From the IMG/VR virus record IMGVR_UViG_3300012919_001127, positions 1 through 64,000 of that record: a DNA stretch of 64,000 bases, one strand, 5' to 3'. Position 1 is the first letter of the stretch, and each line of letters begins with the position of its first letter. The notes under the pieces were generated by a model. That model saw only the letters and a program-made list of their open reading frames with translations, was not told the origin of the DNA and searched no databases. Both the position numbers and the translations under genes were made by a program. This document shows positions 37,284-47,670 of this stretch, in pieces. This DNA is from an uncultured virus (IMG/VR IMGVR_UViG_3300012919_001127). Taxonomy: Duplodnaviria > Heunggongvirae > Uroviricota > Caudoviricetes.

Positions 37284-39095
37284 ATGGGATATAAATTAAA
37301 CAAGACAGACGGAACATTACTAGTAGATTTAGTTGACGGACAATTAGATACCACTACTACTTCCATCGGTCTGATTGGAAAAAATTATACAGGATTTGGT
37401 GAAACCCTAAACGAAAACATGATCAAGATGTTGGAGAATTTTGCCAACACATCAGCACCATCTGTTCCATTAAAAGGACAGCTTTGGTATGATACTGCAT
37501 CAGCAAGAATAAAAGTTTATGATGGCACTTCATTTAAAGAAAGTGGAGGTCCTATTGTGTCTACTTCACAACCTAACAACATGGTGTCAGGAGATTTATG
37601 GTTAAACAGTTTAACAAACCAATTATACTTTTATGATGGAACTGATCTAACTTTAGCAGGACCAGTATACACAGCACAGCAAGGTAAATCAGGATTTGAA
37701 ACTGTCACAGCATTAGATACACAAAACAATAGTAAAACAACTGTAAGATTTTTTATAGGTGGCACACTTGTAGGAGTTTTTGCAAACGAAGAATTTACTC
37801 CAGCAGTAGGATACACAGTTCCAGGAATAACTGGAAATATCAAAAAAGGTTTTAACTTAATAGATGGTGTAAACTTTGTATACAGAGGCACAGCGGATTC
37901 GGCCTTGTCATTAACAGATAGCCAAGGAAATACAAGAACACCAGCACAGCTTTTACCAGCAGATTCAAATGGTGTAACAATAGGAACTTTGACAGTTAGT
38001 AACTCAGGTGGACTTACAATAGGAACAGCACAAAACAACATACAAAAAATTGTTGGTACAAGTTATGTTACAGAAAACCAACTTTCAAATCATGATTGGA
38101 AAGTAAGAGTTAGAAAAACTACAGGTTACGTTGATGCAATCGTTGTTGATACTGATCTATCTAATGTAGGAATATTTAAGTCACAGCCATTACATACTTT
38201 ACACGTTGGTGGAGATGTGAAAGTTGACGGACAATTAATTGTTACTGGTACAACTACAAGCATTGATACACAAAATTTAAGAGTTGAAGATAAGAATATA
38301 GAACTTGCAATACAATCAGACAGTACTGTAGGCAACAATGCCGCAGTAGATGGTGGTGGTATTATTTTAAAATCATCAGACTTAGACAAAGAATTTGTTT
38401 GGAGAAACAATACCCAATCTTGGACATCAAGTGAAAACATTGATCTTGCCGCAACTAAAGGTTTCAAGGTCAACGGAAACGAAGTGTTAAATGAGACAGC
38501 TTTAGGATCACAGGTTACAAGTGCATTAGGTTTAACACAGATAGGTACACTTACAACTTTAAGTGTAGATAATATTACTTTAAATGATTATGCCATATCA
38601 ACATCAGGTGGTGGATTGCAGATCACAAGTGATGGTACTATTACAATCACTAACAATCAAAAGATTACAGGACTTGCAAATCCAACTACTGATACTGATG
38701 CTTCTAACAAGTTTTACGTTGATGATTCAATTGACAACGAGCCAGTAATTGTTCCATTGGATATTACAGGACTTACAAACGCCAATATTGCAACAATTAT
38801 AGAAGACATTTATCCAGCGGCAAATAAGAAAAATGGATCATATGCTTATGTTCCAACATCAACATTAACTGGTGCAACAGTCAGTGGTATTGATGTAAAC
38901 TCTGTTGCTAACAAATCTTTCATAGCAGTTGATGCCAATGGTGTGCAAAATCAGAGTGTTTTGCAAGATATTGCGTTTAATAATGCATCAGGTACAGTTA
39001 GTTCATCTGTTGCTAGAGGCCTTAAAAGGTATAAAGTACAAGCAGGAGTATGGGTATTTGACACAGATCTAGGTAGTAGCGGCGGACTGTGGTAA
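37284..39095 (+). CDS. Tail fibre protein (paralogous N-terminus)
   Basis: LIGKNYTGFGE..NEN...MLENF, P..GQLWYD, GDLW motifs shared with the neighbours. Confidence 0.75.
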   Translation: MGYKLNKTDGTLLVDLVDGQLDTTTTSIGLIGKNYTGFGETLNENMIKMLENFANTSAPSVPLKGQLWYDTASARIKVYDGTSFKESGGPIVSTSQPNNMVSGDLWLNSLTNQLYFYDGTDLTLAGPVYTAQQGKSGFETVTALDTQNNSKTTVRFFIGGTLVGVFANEEFTPAVGYTVPGITGNIKKGFNLIDGVNFVYRGTADSALSLTDSQGNTRTPAQLLPADSNGVTIGTLTVSNSGGLTIGTAQNNIQKIVGTSYVTENQLSNHDWKVRVRKTTGYVDAIVVDTDLSNVGIFKSQPLHTLHVGGDVKVDGQLIVTGTTTSIDTQNLRVEDKNIELAIQSDSTVGNNAAVDGGGIILKSSDLDKEFVWRNNTQSWTSSENIDLAATKGFKVNGNEVLNETALGSQVTSALGLTQIGTLTTLSVDNITLNDYAISTSGGGLQITSDGTITITNNQKITGLANPTTDTDASNKFYVDDSIDNEPVIVPLDITGLTNANIATIIEDIYPAANKKNGSYAYVPTSTLTGATVSGIDVNSVANKSFIAVDANGVQNQSVLQDIAFNNASGTVSSSVARGLKRYKVQAGVWVFDTDLGSSGGLW

Positions 39096-39124
39096 AAGAT
39101 AAATAGTTACATAGGGGTTATAGA

Positions 39125-40612
39125 ATGGCATATACTATAGATAGATACAGCGGAGTTACACTTACAACGGTGGAAGACGGTACAGTTGATCAAACTACCG
39201 ATATTAAACTTGTTGGTAAGAATTACGCTGGATATGGTGAAATACAAAACGAGAATTTTTTACATTTATTAGAAAATTTTAGCGGTACATCACAACCACC
39301 GAAAGCAATTTCAGGGCAAATTTGGTTTGATCAAACTGCAAGTAAATTAAAATTTTATGATGGTTCTAGATTTAGAACAACAGGTGGTGCAGAAGTAAGT
39401 GCTACACAACCAGCTGGTTTAGCCACTGGTGATCTATGGTGGGATTCTACTAACCAACAATTATATGCTTACAGCGGATCAGGATATGTTTTAATTGGTC
39501 CACAAGGTGCAGGTGCAACTGTAACACAGATGAAATCTGCAACAATCAGAGACACCACAAACACAAACAGATTAGTTATTAAAGCGATTGTCAACGACGA
39601 AGTAATATTCATTATTAGTGCAGTATCATTTACAATAGATAGCACAGATCCATCAAATGCTGTAACAGGTTTTGATGTAATCAAAAAAGGACTTACTTTA
39701 AGAAACACAATGAACGCAACAGGAGGTGTAACAAGCACCACTGATTACTATTGGGGTACAGCAAGTAACTCATTAAAACTTGGTGGATATAGTGCATCAG
39801 ATTTTGCTTTAGCAGGATCAGGAGCATTCAACAGCCTAGTTACATTTGCAGATGCTGGTATTGCCATTGGTGATTCAAGCGATTTAAAAATTTATGTTGA
39901 AAATGACAATCAAGGAGTAATTCAAAACGAAGTTGGACAAATGATCAAGTTCAAGGTTGATGATGCACAAGGAACTGTGCATGAGCCTGTACGTTTAGAA
40001 GCAACAGGTTTAAATCCATCAGCAAACTTACAATACAATTTAGGAACATCTACTTTACAGTACAACTCAGTGTTTGCAAGTTCTTTCAACGGAACTGCAA
40101 CAAAAGCCGCTACTTTACAAGTAGGTACAAATTTTAGATCAGGATCAACTGCGGCAACAAATAACACGGTTGCAGTTAGAGACGGATCAGGTAACTTGGT
40201 AGCAAACTTATTCACAGGTACAGCTACACAGGCACAATACGCTGACTTGGCAGAGAAATATACAACTGACCAAGAACATCCAGTAGGAACAATTATGACT
40301 ATTCCTACTATGAGAGATGGCGATATGGGTGATGCCGAAATGATAGCTTGTGATTTAGATGGTATACCAACAGGTGTTATATCCGACAAACCAGCATACT
40401 TAATGAATGCTGAGGCAGAAGGTCAAGCAGTAGCACTTAAAGGTAAAGTTCCAGTTAGAGTCACAGGTCCAGTATTCAAAGGCGATCCGATTTATTCAAA
40501 CATCGACGGTGTGGGTTCACAAATTATCCAAGATGGTAAAATGATTGGTATTGCACTTGAAACAAACGAAGACGAAGAAGAAAAATTAGTCGAAGTATTT
40601 TTGAAGGTGTAA
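39125..40612 (+). CDS. Tail fibre protein with C-terminal YADLAE (peptidase G2 / chaperone-like) domain
   Basis: Same N-terminal domain; C-terminal AQYADLAEKY...GVISDKPAYLMN...VALKGKVPVRV. Confidence 0.75.
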   Translation: MAYTIDRYSGVTLTTVEDGTVDQTTDIKLVGKNYAGYGEIQNENFLHLLENFSGTSQPPKAISGQIWFDQTASKLKFYDGSRFRTTGGAEVSATQPAGLATGDLWWDSTNQQLYAYSGSGYVLIGPQGAGATVTQMKSATIRDTTNTNRLVIKAIVNDEVIFIISAVSFTIDSTDPSNAVTGFDVIKKGLTLRNTMNATGGVTSTTDYYWGTASNSLKLGGYSASDFALAGSGAFNSLVTFADAGIAIGDSSDLKIYVENDNQGVIQNEVGQMIKFKVDDAQGTVHEPVRLEATGLNPSANLQYNLGTSTLQYNSVFASSFNGTATKAATLQVGTNFRSGSTAATNNTVAVRDGSGNLVANLFTGTATQAQYADLAEKYTTDQEHPVGTIMTIPTMRDGDMGDAEMIACDLDGIPTGVISDKPAYLMNAEAEGQAVALKGKVPVRVTGPVFKGDPIYSNIDGVGSQIIQDGKMIGIALETNEDEEEKLVEVFLKV

Positions 40613-40616
40613 TTAA

Positions 40617-41507
40617 ATGGCAATAGGTGATATTATCACAGCGGCAAGGTACAACAACTTGCAATCAAGAGTAGCAACGATAATGGGAACAGGGTCAGGA
40701 GACGATGGCTACGGTCAAACTCTAAATTCTGCTCAGGTTGCCGCGAGTGCAACAGTAAACGCAACTGATATGTCCACCCTTTATACAGATATTGCAAATG
40801 GCAGAGTACACCAAACAGGAGTAACACCAACTGAGATAGCTATTATTTCACAATCAGATGTTGTGTTAGATAGTGATACTATTAATAAAAAAGGTGTTGC
40901 ACAATTTGAAAATTTAACTACTACCTTAGAGAATGAAAAGTTTCAAATACATTCATCACAAGGTACAGCAGAAGCGGCCATTTCCGCTCAGTACACATCA
41001 AACTGGAATGGAACATTAGCACACTTAATAGATGTAACATTTACTGATGCAGATCATAGAAGACAATTTTTTAATGCTGGTGGAGAAATCCGTACAGCGG
41101 CAAATATTGCAAAAAACAGTCCGCCTGCTAAAACACTTGACTGGATGACCATGCTTTCAAACATGGGTACAGTGAAAATGGGTTACACTTCAACAAGTGC
41201 AACAGGATCAGGATCAGGTACAACTGTTGGATTTCATGATCTAACTACATCTTTTCAGGACTTATTTGTTAAAAATGGTACTGGTTTGTATGCGGCCAAC
41301 AACTATACACTCAAAGGCAGAATAGTTGGAACCAATCAAGTTCAATTAAGAGCTGAATTTAATGACGCAAACACAGGTAATCCAAACTATGATGAAGATG
41401 TTGAAGGTACTTTAACAAGTACGGTCACTCAATTTAGAGCAACTGGCTCTTATGTTTCTGTTCCAACACCAACTTACCAAACAAACGCTGGTTCAAACTT
41501 AACGTAA
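40617..41507 (+). CDS. Virion structural protein (tail-associated)
   Basis: ITAARYNNLQ, GYGQ, RQFFNAGGEI; Thr/Gly-rich; end of the fibre cluster. Confidence 0.55.
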   Translation: MAIGDIITAARYNNLQSRVATIMGTGSGDDGYGQTLNSAQVAASATVNATDMSTLYTDIANGRVHQTGVTPTEIAIISQSDVVLDSDTINKKGVAQFENLTTTLENEKFQIHSSQGTAEAAISAQYTSNWNGTLAHLIDVTFTDADHRRQFFNAGGEIRTAANIAKNSPPAKTLDWMTMLSNMGTVKMGYTSTSATGSGSGTTVGFHDLTTSFQDLFVKNGTGLYAANNYTLKGRIVGTNQVQLRAEFNDANTGNPNYDEDVEGTLTSTVTQFRATGSYVSVPTPTYQTNAGSNLT

Positions 41508-41553
41508 CCAATCACTTTTTTATCTAAATAGTAGTAGCAACTGGATTATTACT

Positions 41554-41916
41554 ATGGATGAACGATTACAAAAAGCATTAGATTTTTCAAATTACATGGT
41601 AACTCTTAATAACCAAAAGAGAGTGCTAAAGGAACAGTATTTTGAAAACAGAATTCATTACTTTAACGGTGGACAATTTTCTGTAACAAATGAATTGTTA
41701 TCTTTTGTAGGATTGCTATGCGAAAAAGGTGACACAACTAATATCCCTATCATTGACGATAATGATGTTCCTGTGAAAATACCTGATCTCAATGTGTTCT
41801 TTGATGACATCATGGATGTCTACTTTCAATCTTCAAATGAATATCACGCAGAGTATGAAAAAATTAGAACTAAGAGAAAAGTTTCTGGGTTGGTAGACTA
41901 TGACGAAGACAAATAA
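41554..41916 (+). CDS. Hypothetical protein
   Basis: 120 aa ORF, TAAATA at 41525-41530, overlaps the next gene. Confidence 0.6.
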   Translation: MDERLQKALDFSNYMVTLNNQKRVLKEQYFENRIHYFNGGQFSVTNELLSFVGLLCEKGDTTNIPIIDDNDVPVKIPDLNVFFDDIMDVYFQSSNEYHAEYEKIRTKRKVSGLVDYDEDK

Positions 41917-42760
41917 AGGTGCATTAATCTTTGCTAGAAACAATGCTCAGATTGATTATATAAAACAAGCACGTTTTTCTGCACAAAGAATAAGAAAACA
42001 TTTAGATATCCCAACTAGTATTGTTACTGATAGTGTTGAATATTTGCAAAACACTTACAAAGACTACAATGAAGTTTTTGATCAAGTAATAGAAGTACCA
42101 TACAAAACAGAATTTACAAATAAAAAATATTTTGACGGTAGCGGAGTGTTCAAACACCTGCAATTTAAAAATGATTTACGCACAAAAGCCTATGAACTTA
42201 CTCCTTATGATGAAACTTTATTATTAGACAGCGATTATGTAATTGCAAATGATTTGTTTAAAAATTGTTTTGCACAAGAACACGATTTCTTAATATACAA
42301 AGACGCAAAGGATCTTACAAATTTCCGTAACACAGAAGAATTTCAAAAGATAAGTGATACAAGTGTAGATTTTTATTGGGCCACTGTAATATATTTTAAA
42401 AAATCAGAACAAAACAAAATATTTTTTGACCTCACACAGCATATACAAGAAAACTGGGATCATTACAACAGCATATTCCAAGTAAACAAAGGAATATTTA
42501 GAAATGATCATGTGTTTAGTATAGCAATACACATCATGAATGGTTATCAAAAGGGTGACTTTGCACATAAGTTGCCTGGAATAAAATATTATACAGCAGA
42601 TAGAGATATCTTATGGGATCTTGAAGATGATAATTTTTTCTTTTTGTTAGAGAAACAAAATCATCTGGGAGAATATACACCTTTGCGTATCAAAGGTAGT
42701 AGTGTTCATGTTATGAACAAATTTAGTTTGAACAGAATCATAGATAAAGGAGAAATGTAA
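41900..42760 (+). CDS. Glycosyltransferase, GT-A fold (GT8-like)
   Basis: YELTPYDETLLLDSDY (DxD motif), FRNDHVFSIA. Confidence 0.65.
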   Translation: MTKTNKGALIFARNNAQIDYIKQARFSAQRIRKHLDIPTSIVTDSVEYLQNTYKDYNEVFDQVIEVPYKTEFTNKKYFDGSGVFKHLQFKNDLRTKAYELTPYDETLLLDSDYVIANDLFKNCFAQEHDFLIYKDAKDLTNFRNTEEFQKISDTSVDFYWATVIYFKKSEQNKIFFDLTQHIQENWDHYNSIFQVNKGIFRNDHVFSIAIHIMNGYQKGDFAHKLPGIKYYTADRDILWDLEDDNFFFLLEKQNHLGEYTPLRIKGSSVHVMNKFSLNRIIDKGEM

Positions 42761-42948
42761 TGGAAATAATCTGGGCTTTAATGTTGCAGGTATGCAGTTC
42801 GTTAGGATGCCAAGATCAAATGGTTGCAGAATTCAACACACAAGATAATTGCCACATAGCACAATGGCAACATGAACAAATTCCAACTGACGGTCCTTGG
42901 AAAAGTGTTGAGTATAAATGTATACCAAAAGGGAGCATAGGTGCATAA
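42760..42948 (+). CDS. Small hypothetical protein with hydrophobic N-terminus and 4 Cys
   Basis: 62 aa; AAGGAG RBS; TAATG coupling. Confidence 0.55.
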   Translation: MEIIWALMLQVCSSLGCQDQMVAEFNTQDNCHIAQWQHEQIPTDGPWKSVEYKCIPKGSIGA

Positions 42949-43087
42949 GATAGTTTACGTAACAGAGGAACATATTTCCTGTACAGGTGAGAATGATGAT
43001 CACCCTAAGGTATATTACACACTTAAAAGTGGAGAAGCAGTATGTATGTACTGCAATATTAAATTTGTATTGAAAAAAGATGACTAA
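42941..43087 (+). CDS. zf-CHCC zinc-finger protein (NDUFS6-like), 48 aa, absent from ORF track
   Basis: GTG start after a GGGAG RBS; MHKIVYVTEEHISCTGENDDHPKVYYTLKSGEAVCMYCNIKFVLKKDD, with the C..G...HP.VY...C.YC...F pattern; fills the gap exactly. Confidence 0.8.
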   Translation: MHKIVYVTEEHISCTGENDDHPKVYYTLKSGEAVCMYCNIKFVLKKDD

Positions 43088-43913
43088 AGGATTTGTATTA
43101 ATAGCACAAAACAGCGAATATGACTACGTACAACAGGCGTGTGCGTTGGCAATGAGTATACAAGCTACTAATGAAGCAAAGATTTGTTTAATAACCAACG
43201 ATAAAGTGCCATCTAGGTATGAAAAATTGTTTGATGTCATAAAACCTATACCTTGGTCCGATGATGCACAAAGCAAAGATTGGAAAGTAGACAACAGATG
43301 GAAATTGTATCATGCAAGTCCATATGATCAAACTATTGTGTTGGATACAGATATGCTTGTACTACAAAATTTAGACAGTTGGTGGAAATTTTTAGAGAAC
43401 TATGAAGTGTTTTATGTAAGTAACGTGCAAACATATCGCGGAGATACAGTAGTTGACAACTATTATAGAAAAACATACAAAGCAAACAACTTGCCAAACA
43501 TATATGCAGGATTTCATTACTTTAAAAAATGTGCGTTTGCAAAAGAATTTTACACAATGTTAGAAATTGTAATGAACAACTGGGAAATGTTCTATGGCAA
43601 ATATGCAAAGGAACAATATCAAAAGTTTTTAAGTGTTGATACAAGCACAGCCATTGTAACAAAAATATTAGATTGTGAAGATAGGATTACTAACAGCAGA
43701 GTTAAATTTCCTACTTTCACCCATATGAAAACACACATACAAGGTTGGAAGAATGCCAGTGCAACATGGCGCAGTAGAGTAGGTGCTTACTTGACAGACA
43801 ACTTAGAACTTAAAATAGGCAACCATTTACAATCAGGAATATTTCATTACACGGAAAAAGAGTTTTTAGATGATAATAAAATTAAAAAATACGAAAGGTA
43901 TCTGAAAATATGA
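43080..43913 (+). CDS. Glycosyltransferase, GT-A fold (GT8-like), paralog of 41900
   Basis: YHASPYDQTIVLDTDML (DxD), HMK, FHY. Confidence 0.7.
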   Translation: MTKGFVLIAQNSEYDYVQQACALAMSIQATNEAKICLITNDKVPSRYEKLFDVIKPIPWSDDAQSKDWKVDNRWKLYHASPYDQTIVLDTDMLVLQNLDSWWKFLENYEVFYVSNVQTYRGDTVVDNYYRKTYKANNLPNIYAGFHYFKKCAFAKEFYTMLEIVMNNWEMFYGKYAKEQYQKFLSVDTSTAIVTKILDCEDRITNSRVKFPTFTHMKTHIQGWKNASATWRSRVGAYLTDNLELKIGNHLQSGIFHYTEKEFLDDNKIKKYERYLKI

Positions 43914-44500
43914 AACTTTCGATAACATTAAAGAATGAGAGATTCGCTGTGTTTAATCCAGACACAGGGGAGCTACTGTCTTTGCCCAATGAAAAACCAA
44001 CCCAAGGGTCTTACATACCAGTTGCTGAAGAAGATGTAAAACCTATTTTAGAGGGCAGAGACAGTATGCAATTTTATTATGTGCATTATATTAAAAGAGC
44101 AAAAACATATGAGCTAAGACAAAGAGCAAATCATGACATTGATAGTTATTTTGTTGATGATATGATTTATGAAGTGCCAACAAGCAAACAAGATAATGCA
44201 GATATAACAATTACAAAAAATGTAAAAGATACCTGTTGGAAAGTTACAGTAGGAGGAGAGTTGTACGAAAATATACTTGCACAAAAAATAAGTTTGGGCA
44301 ACAGTAGGTTTAGTTTTAGTTGTACCAAGAAGGACGATCCTAATATTTTGTATAAAACAATTAAATTTACATTTGATAAATTGATAGACGGTAAGTACAT
44401 TGTTGTTCCTTTCAGCGAAAAGTTTGAATTTAATAACGATCCTATTGGAGTGTATACGATTAAAAAGTTTGAAAAGTATGCGTATGAGGTGATAGAATGA
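43910..44500 (+). CDS. Hypothetical protein
   Basis: 196 aa, ATGA-coupled on both sides. Confidence 0.6.
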   Translation: MKLSITLKNERFAVFNPDTGELLSLPNEKPTQGSYIPVAEEDVKPILEGRDSMQFYYVHYIKRAKTYELRQRANHDIDSYFVDDMIYEVPTSKQDNADITITKNVKDTCWKVTVGGELYENILAQKISLGNSRFSFSCTKKDDPNILYKTIKFTFDKLIDGKYIVVPFSEKFEFNNDPIGVYTIKKFEKYAYEVIE

Positions 44501-45390
44501 AACTAAACATAGCAGAGCAAGATATTATATTTTTAAGTTATGATGAGCCTAACTGTGAAAAAAATTATGTTGACCTTGTATCTAAATGTCCGTGGGCTAA
44601 AAGAGTGCATGGTGTAGAAGGATCTGATGCGGCACATAAAGCCTGTGCTGAATTGTCAGAAACTAAACATTTTGTTACAGTAGATGGTGACACTATTATT
44701 GATCCTAATTTTCTAAATGTTGTTTTAGACTTAGATGAAATGGGAGTTGATGATGATTATCAATTTAGTTGGTGTGGCAAAATCAACATCAATGGACTAA
44801 AATATGGTAACGGCAGTTTGAAAATGTGGACCAAAGATTTTGTTAAAAATATGAAAACGCATGAAAATACAGATGGCAGTGATGATACGCAAATAGAATT
44901 TTGTTACTTCGATAATTACTACCAAATGAATGACAACTTTAGTGAAAGTATTATTAATGCAACACCGCACCAAGCCTGGAGAGCAGGATTTAGAGAAGGT
45001 GTAAAGATGAGCTTAAACAGAGGAACAAAAGTTCAAGACGTTGCAAACGAAACATGGTGGCAAAATTATCATAGACTATTGATATGGATGAATGTTGGCA
45101 TGGACGTTGTTAATGGTGAATATGCAATACTTGGAGCAAGAGAAGGTTGCTATAAAGTTTTAGGAACAGATTGGGATCACAGTCAGACCAGAGACTTTAC
45201 AATACTAAACCAACTATGGGAAGAAAAATGTTTTAAAGAATCGCCAGCTATAGAACGTATTACGCATCTTGGACAGAAATTACAAGAGCTAGAATTACCT
45301 ATTAGCAAACAACCTCTTGATGCAAAACAAAGTGAATTTTTCAAAACAGTTTACATCAACACCGAAAGGGTGCTTGGTAGAAAGTTTTAA
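44497..45390 (+). CDS. Putative glycosyltransferase (GT-A-like)
   Basis: FLSYDEP, KRVHGV.G...AH, FVTVDGD (DxD), AWRAGFRE; paralog of 53090. Confidence 0.55.
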   Translation: MKLNIAEQDIIFLSYDEPNCEKNYVDLVSKCPWAKRVHGVEGSDAAHKACAELSETKHFVTVDGDTIIDPNFLNVVLDLDEMGVDDDYQFSWCGKININGLKYGNGSLKMWTKDFVKNMKTHENTDGSDDTQIEFCYFDNYYQMNDNFSESIINATPHQAWRAGFREGVKMSLNRGTKVQDVANETWWQNYHRLLIWMNVGMDVVNGEYAILGAREGCYKVLGTDWDHSQTRDFTILNQLWEEKCFKESPAIERITHLGQKLQELELPISKQPLDAKQSEFFKTVYINTERVLGRKF

Positions 45391-46769
45391 TGAGTGAATT
45401 AGGTAAAATTAAACAGTTGATGCCTTTTATCGAAGATCAAACTTCGAAAACATTCTGTTTGGCCAAATGGCATCACACAACAATTTATCTTGCAACAGGC
45501 GAAACGCATAGTTGTTATCACCCTGCTCCGCATAAAATACCTTTAGAAGAACTTAAAAATAATCCAAGTGCGTTGCACAACACAATAGAAAAGAAAGCAC
45601 AACGTAAGATGATGCTTGACGGTCATAAGCCAGATGGTTGTAGCTATTGTTGGAACATTGAATCTATGGGTAAAGACTTTGTAAGTGATAGACACATTAA
45701 AACAACAAGCATTTACACAGAAGAAAGATTAGAAGAAATAAAAACAAAAGCCGCGGACTTCAATGTCAATCCAGAATACATAGAAATAAGTTTCAGTAAC
45801 GAATGCAATTTCAAATGTGGATATTGTCACCCTAAAGCATCAAGTAGATATTGGAATGAAATAAAACAACATGGACCTTATGCAAAGTCTACTGTTCATA
45901 GACAGGACATTGATTGGTTCAAGGTATATGCAAAGGAAGAAGAAAATCCTTACGTAGATGCATGGTGGGAATGGTGGCCAGAAGTAAGCAAAACTTTAAA
46001 TATTTTACGTATCACTGGTGGTGAACCTTTGATGCACAAAAGTTTATGGGAACTGTTTGATAGATTAGACAAAGATCCCAAGCCACACTTACAAATAGAA
46101 GTAAACAGCAACATGGGTGTTAAGCCCAAATTGGTACAAAAATTAACTGATACTGTTAAGAATTTGAAGAAAGATGGTAAGATTCGCAGTTTTAAATTGT
46201 ACACTAGTATTGATACATGGGGACCTAAGGCTGAATATGCCAGAACAGGTTTGGATATTGCTTTGTGGGAAAAGAACCTTGATTATTATCTAAGCAATAC
46301 AGGTTGGCCAGTAACGTTTATGATTACATTTAATATCTTTAGTGTTACAAGTTTTCATTTGCTATTGGAAAAAATACTTGAATGGAGACGCAAGTACAAC
46401 AGTGATAATAACAGCACCCAATGGCAACGCATAAGATTTGATACACCTCATTTAAAGGAACCAACTATATATGACATGAACATACTGCCAAAGGAAAAGT
46501 TTATGCCATTCATGTATAAACATTTACAATTTATGCAGGCACATCAAGATGACGCTGACAGGACAAAATTTAGTTCATTGGAAGTAGAAAAATTTAGGCG
46601 TGTTGTTGTTTACATGGCATCAACACATTATGAGCCATTGAAGTTAGAACAAGCACACAAAGACTTTTATAATTGGTTCACTGAATTTGATAAACGTAGG
46701 AATTGTAGTTTACCAGGTACGTTTCCTGAACTGAAAGGATTTTACAATGATTGTTCCAAAATGGTATAG
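45390..46769 (+). CDS. Radical SAM protein with N-terminal SPASM/twitch-like cluster
   Basis: CNFKCGYC, TGGEP; N-terminal CLAKW.H...SCYH...CSYC. Confidence 0.9.
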   Translation: MSELGKIKQLMPFIEDQTSKTFCLAKWHHTTIYLATGETHSCYHPAPHKIPLEELKNNPSALHNTIEKKAQRKMMLDGHKPDGCSYCWNIESMGKDFVSDRHIKTTSIYTEERLEEIKTKAADFNVNPEYIEISFSNECNFKCGYCHPKASSRYWNEIKQHGPYAKSTVHRQDIDWFKVYAKEEENPYVDAWWEWWPEVSKTLNILRITGGEPLMHKSLWELFDRLDKDPKPHLQIEVNSNMGVKPKLVQKLTDTVKNLKKDGKIRSFKLYTSIDTWGPKAEYARTGLDIALWEKNLDYYLSNTGWPVTFMITFNIFSVTSFHLLLEKILEWRRKYNSDNNSTQWQRIRFDTPHLKEPTIYDMNILPKEKFMPFMYKHLQFMQAHQDDADRTKFSSLEVEKFRRVVVYMASTHYEPLKLEQAHKDFYNWFTEFDKRRNCSLPGTFPELKGFYNDCSKMV

Positions 46770-47670
46770 TTTCAAACCTCATCACAGTCATAATGACGGA
46801 ATGTTTATTGATTGTAAAAAGATCATAATAAATCACAACAACATCAAACCGCCACACATTAATCAAAACGTGCAAAATACAGAGTTTTGGATCAAACGTA
46901 AAAGAAAAGAATGCACAGTTGTTCTAGGAGAAAGTTGGACTTATGGCGAAGCACTATTAAACCTTGTGTCATCTAACCTACAAAAGTATGATTTAGAAAC
47001 ACAAATAAAATATTGTTGGGGTCCCACAACTGCAACATTACTAGATACAGATTATTATCAGTATGCAGTTCCAGGTAACAACAATGCAACTATTTTTGGA
47101 GCAGTTGAAAGGATTTTAGAAACTGTGAGTCCTTTGTATGATACTGTGTATTTGCTGATACAGATGACAGAACCATCTCGTGAAGAAATTATTGTAAATG
47201 ACTTGCAGGAACAAAAACATCCACTTGCAAAACTATACGATCAAGATTATGTAAAAGGAATGACAGTGAAGGAATGGTGTGTAGAAAATGAAGATATAAT
47301 GTTTACACAACTTAAAACAACATTATTAAAATTTAAAAATGTAAAAACAACTGCTTGGAAAAACTTTTGCACATTACAAAATAAAAAGGATTATAATTTT
47401 AAAATTTTAGAAGAAACATGGATTGAATTTAGTGCAAGAATAAATGGACACAAAGTAAATAGCCCAGACTTTTATGTTGCAGGGTGGCTTAATAACCATT
47501 TAAAAACATATTCAGGAATAGAAAATACTCCTAAATACTTTAATGAACAATTAGATTTGATTGAAGCATCAAATAAATTTTTACATGATTGTCACGACCA
47601 CATACCACACCCTGGAGTAGGTGCACATAAACTTTGGGGTTATAACGTGTTTCAACTTATGGACAAGTAA
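46747..47670 (+). CDS. SGNH-hydrolase-like protein
   Basis: VLGESWTYG, AVPG.NN, C-terminal HP...AH. Confidence 0.55.
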   Translation: MIVPKWYSFKPHHSHNDGMFIDCKKIIINHNNIKPPHINQNVQNTEFWIKRKRKECTVVLGESWTYGEALLNLVSSNLQKYDLETQIKYCWGPTTATLLDTDYYQYAVPGNNNATIFGAVERILETVSPLYDTVYLLIQMTEPSREEIIVNDLQEQKHPLAKLYDQDYVKGMTVKEWCVENEDIMFTQLKTTLLKFKNVKTTAWKNFCTLQNKKDYNFKILEETWIEFSARINGHKVNSPDFYVAGWLNNHLKTYSGIENTPKYFNEQLDLIEASNKFLHDCHDHIPHPGVGAHKLWGYNVFQLMDK

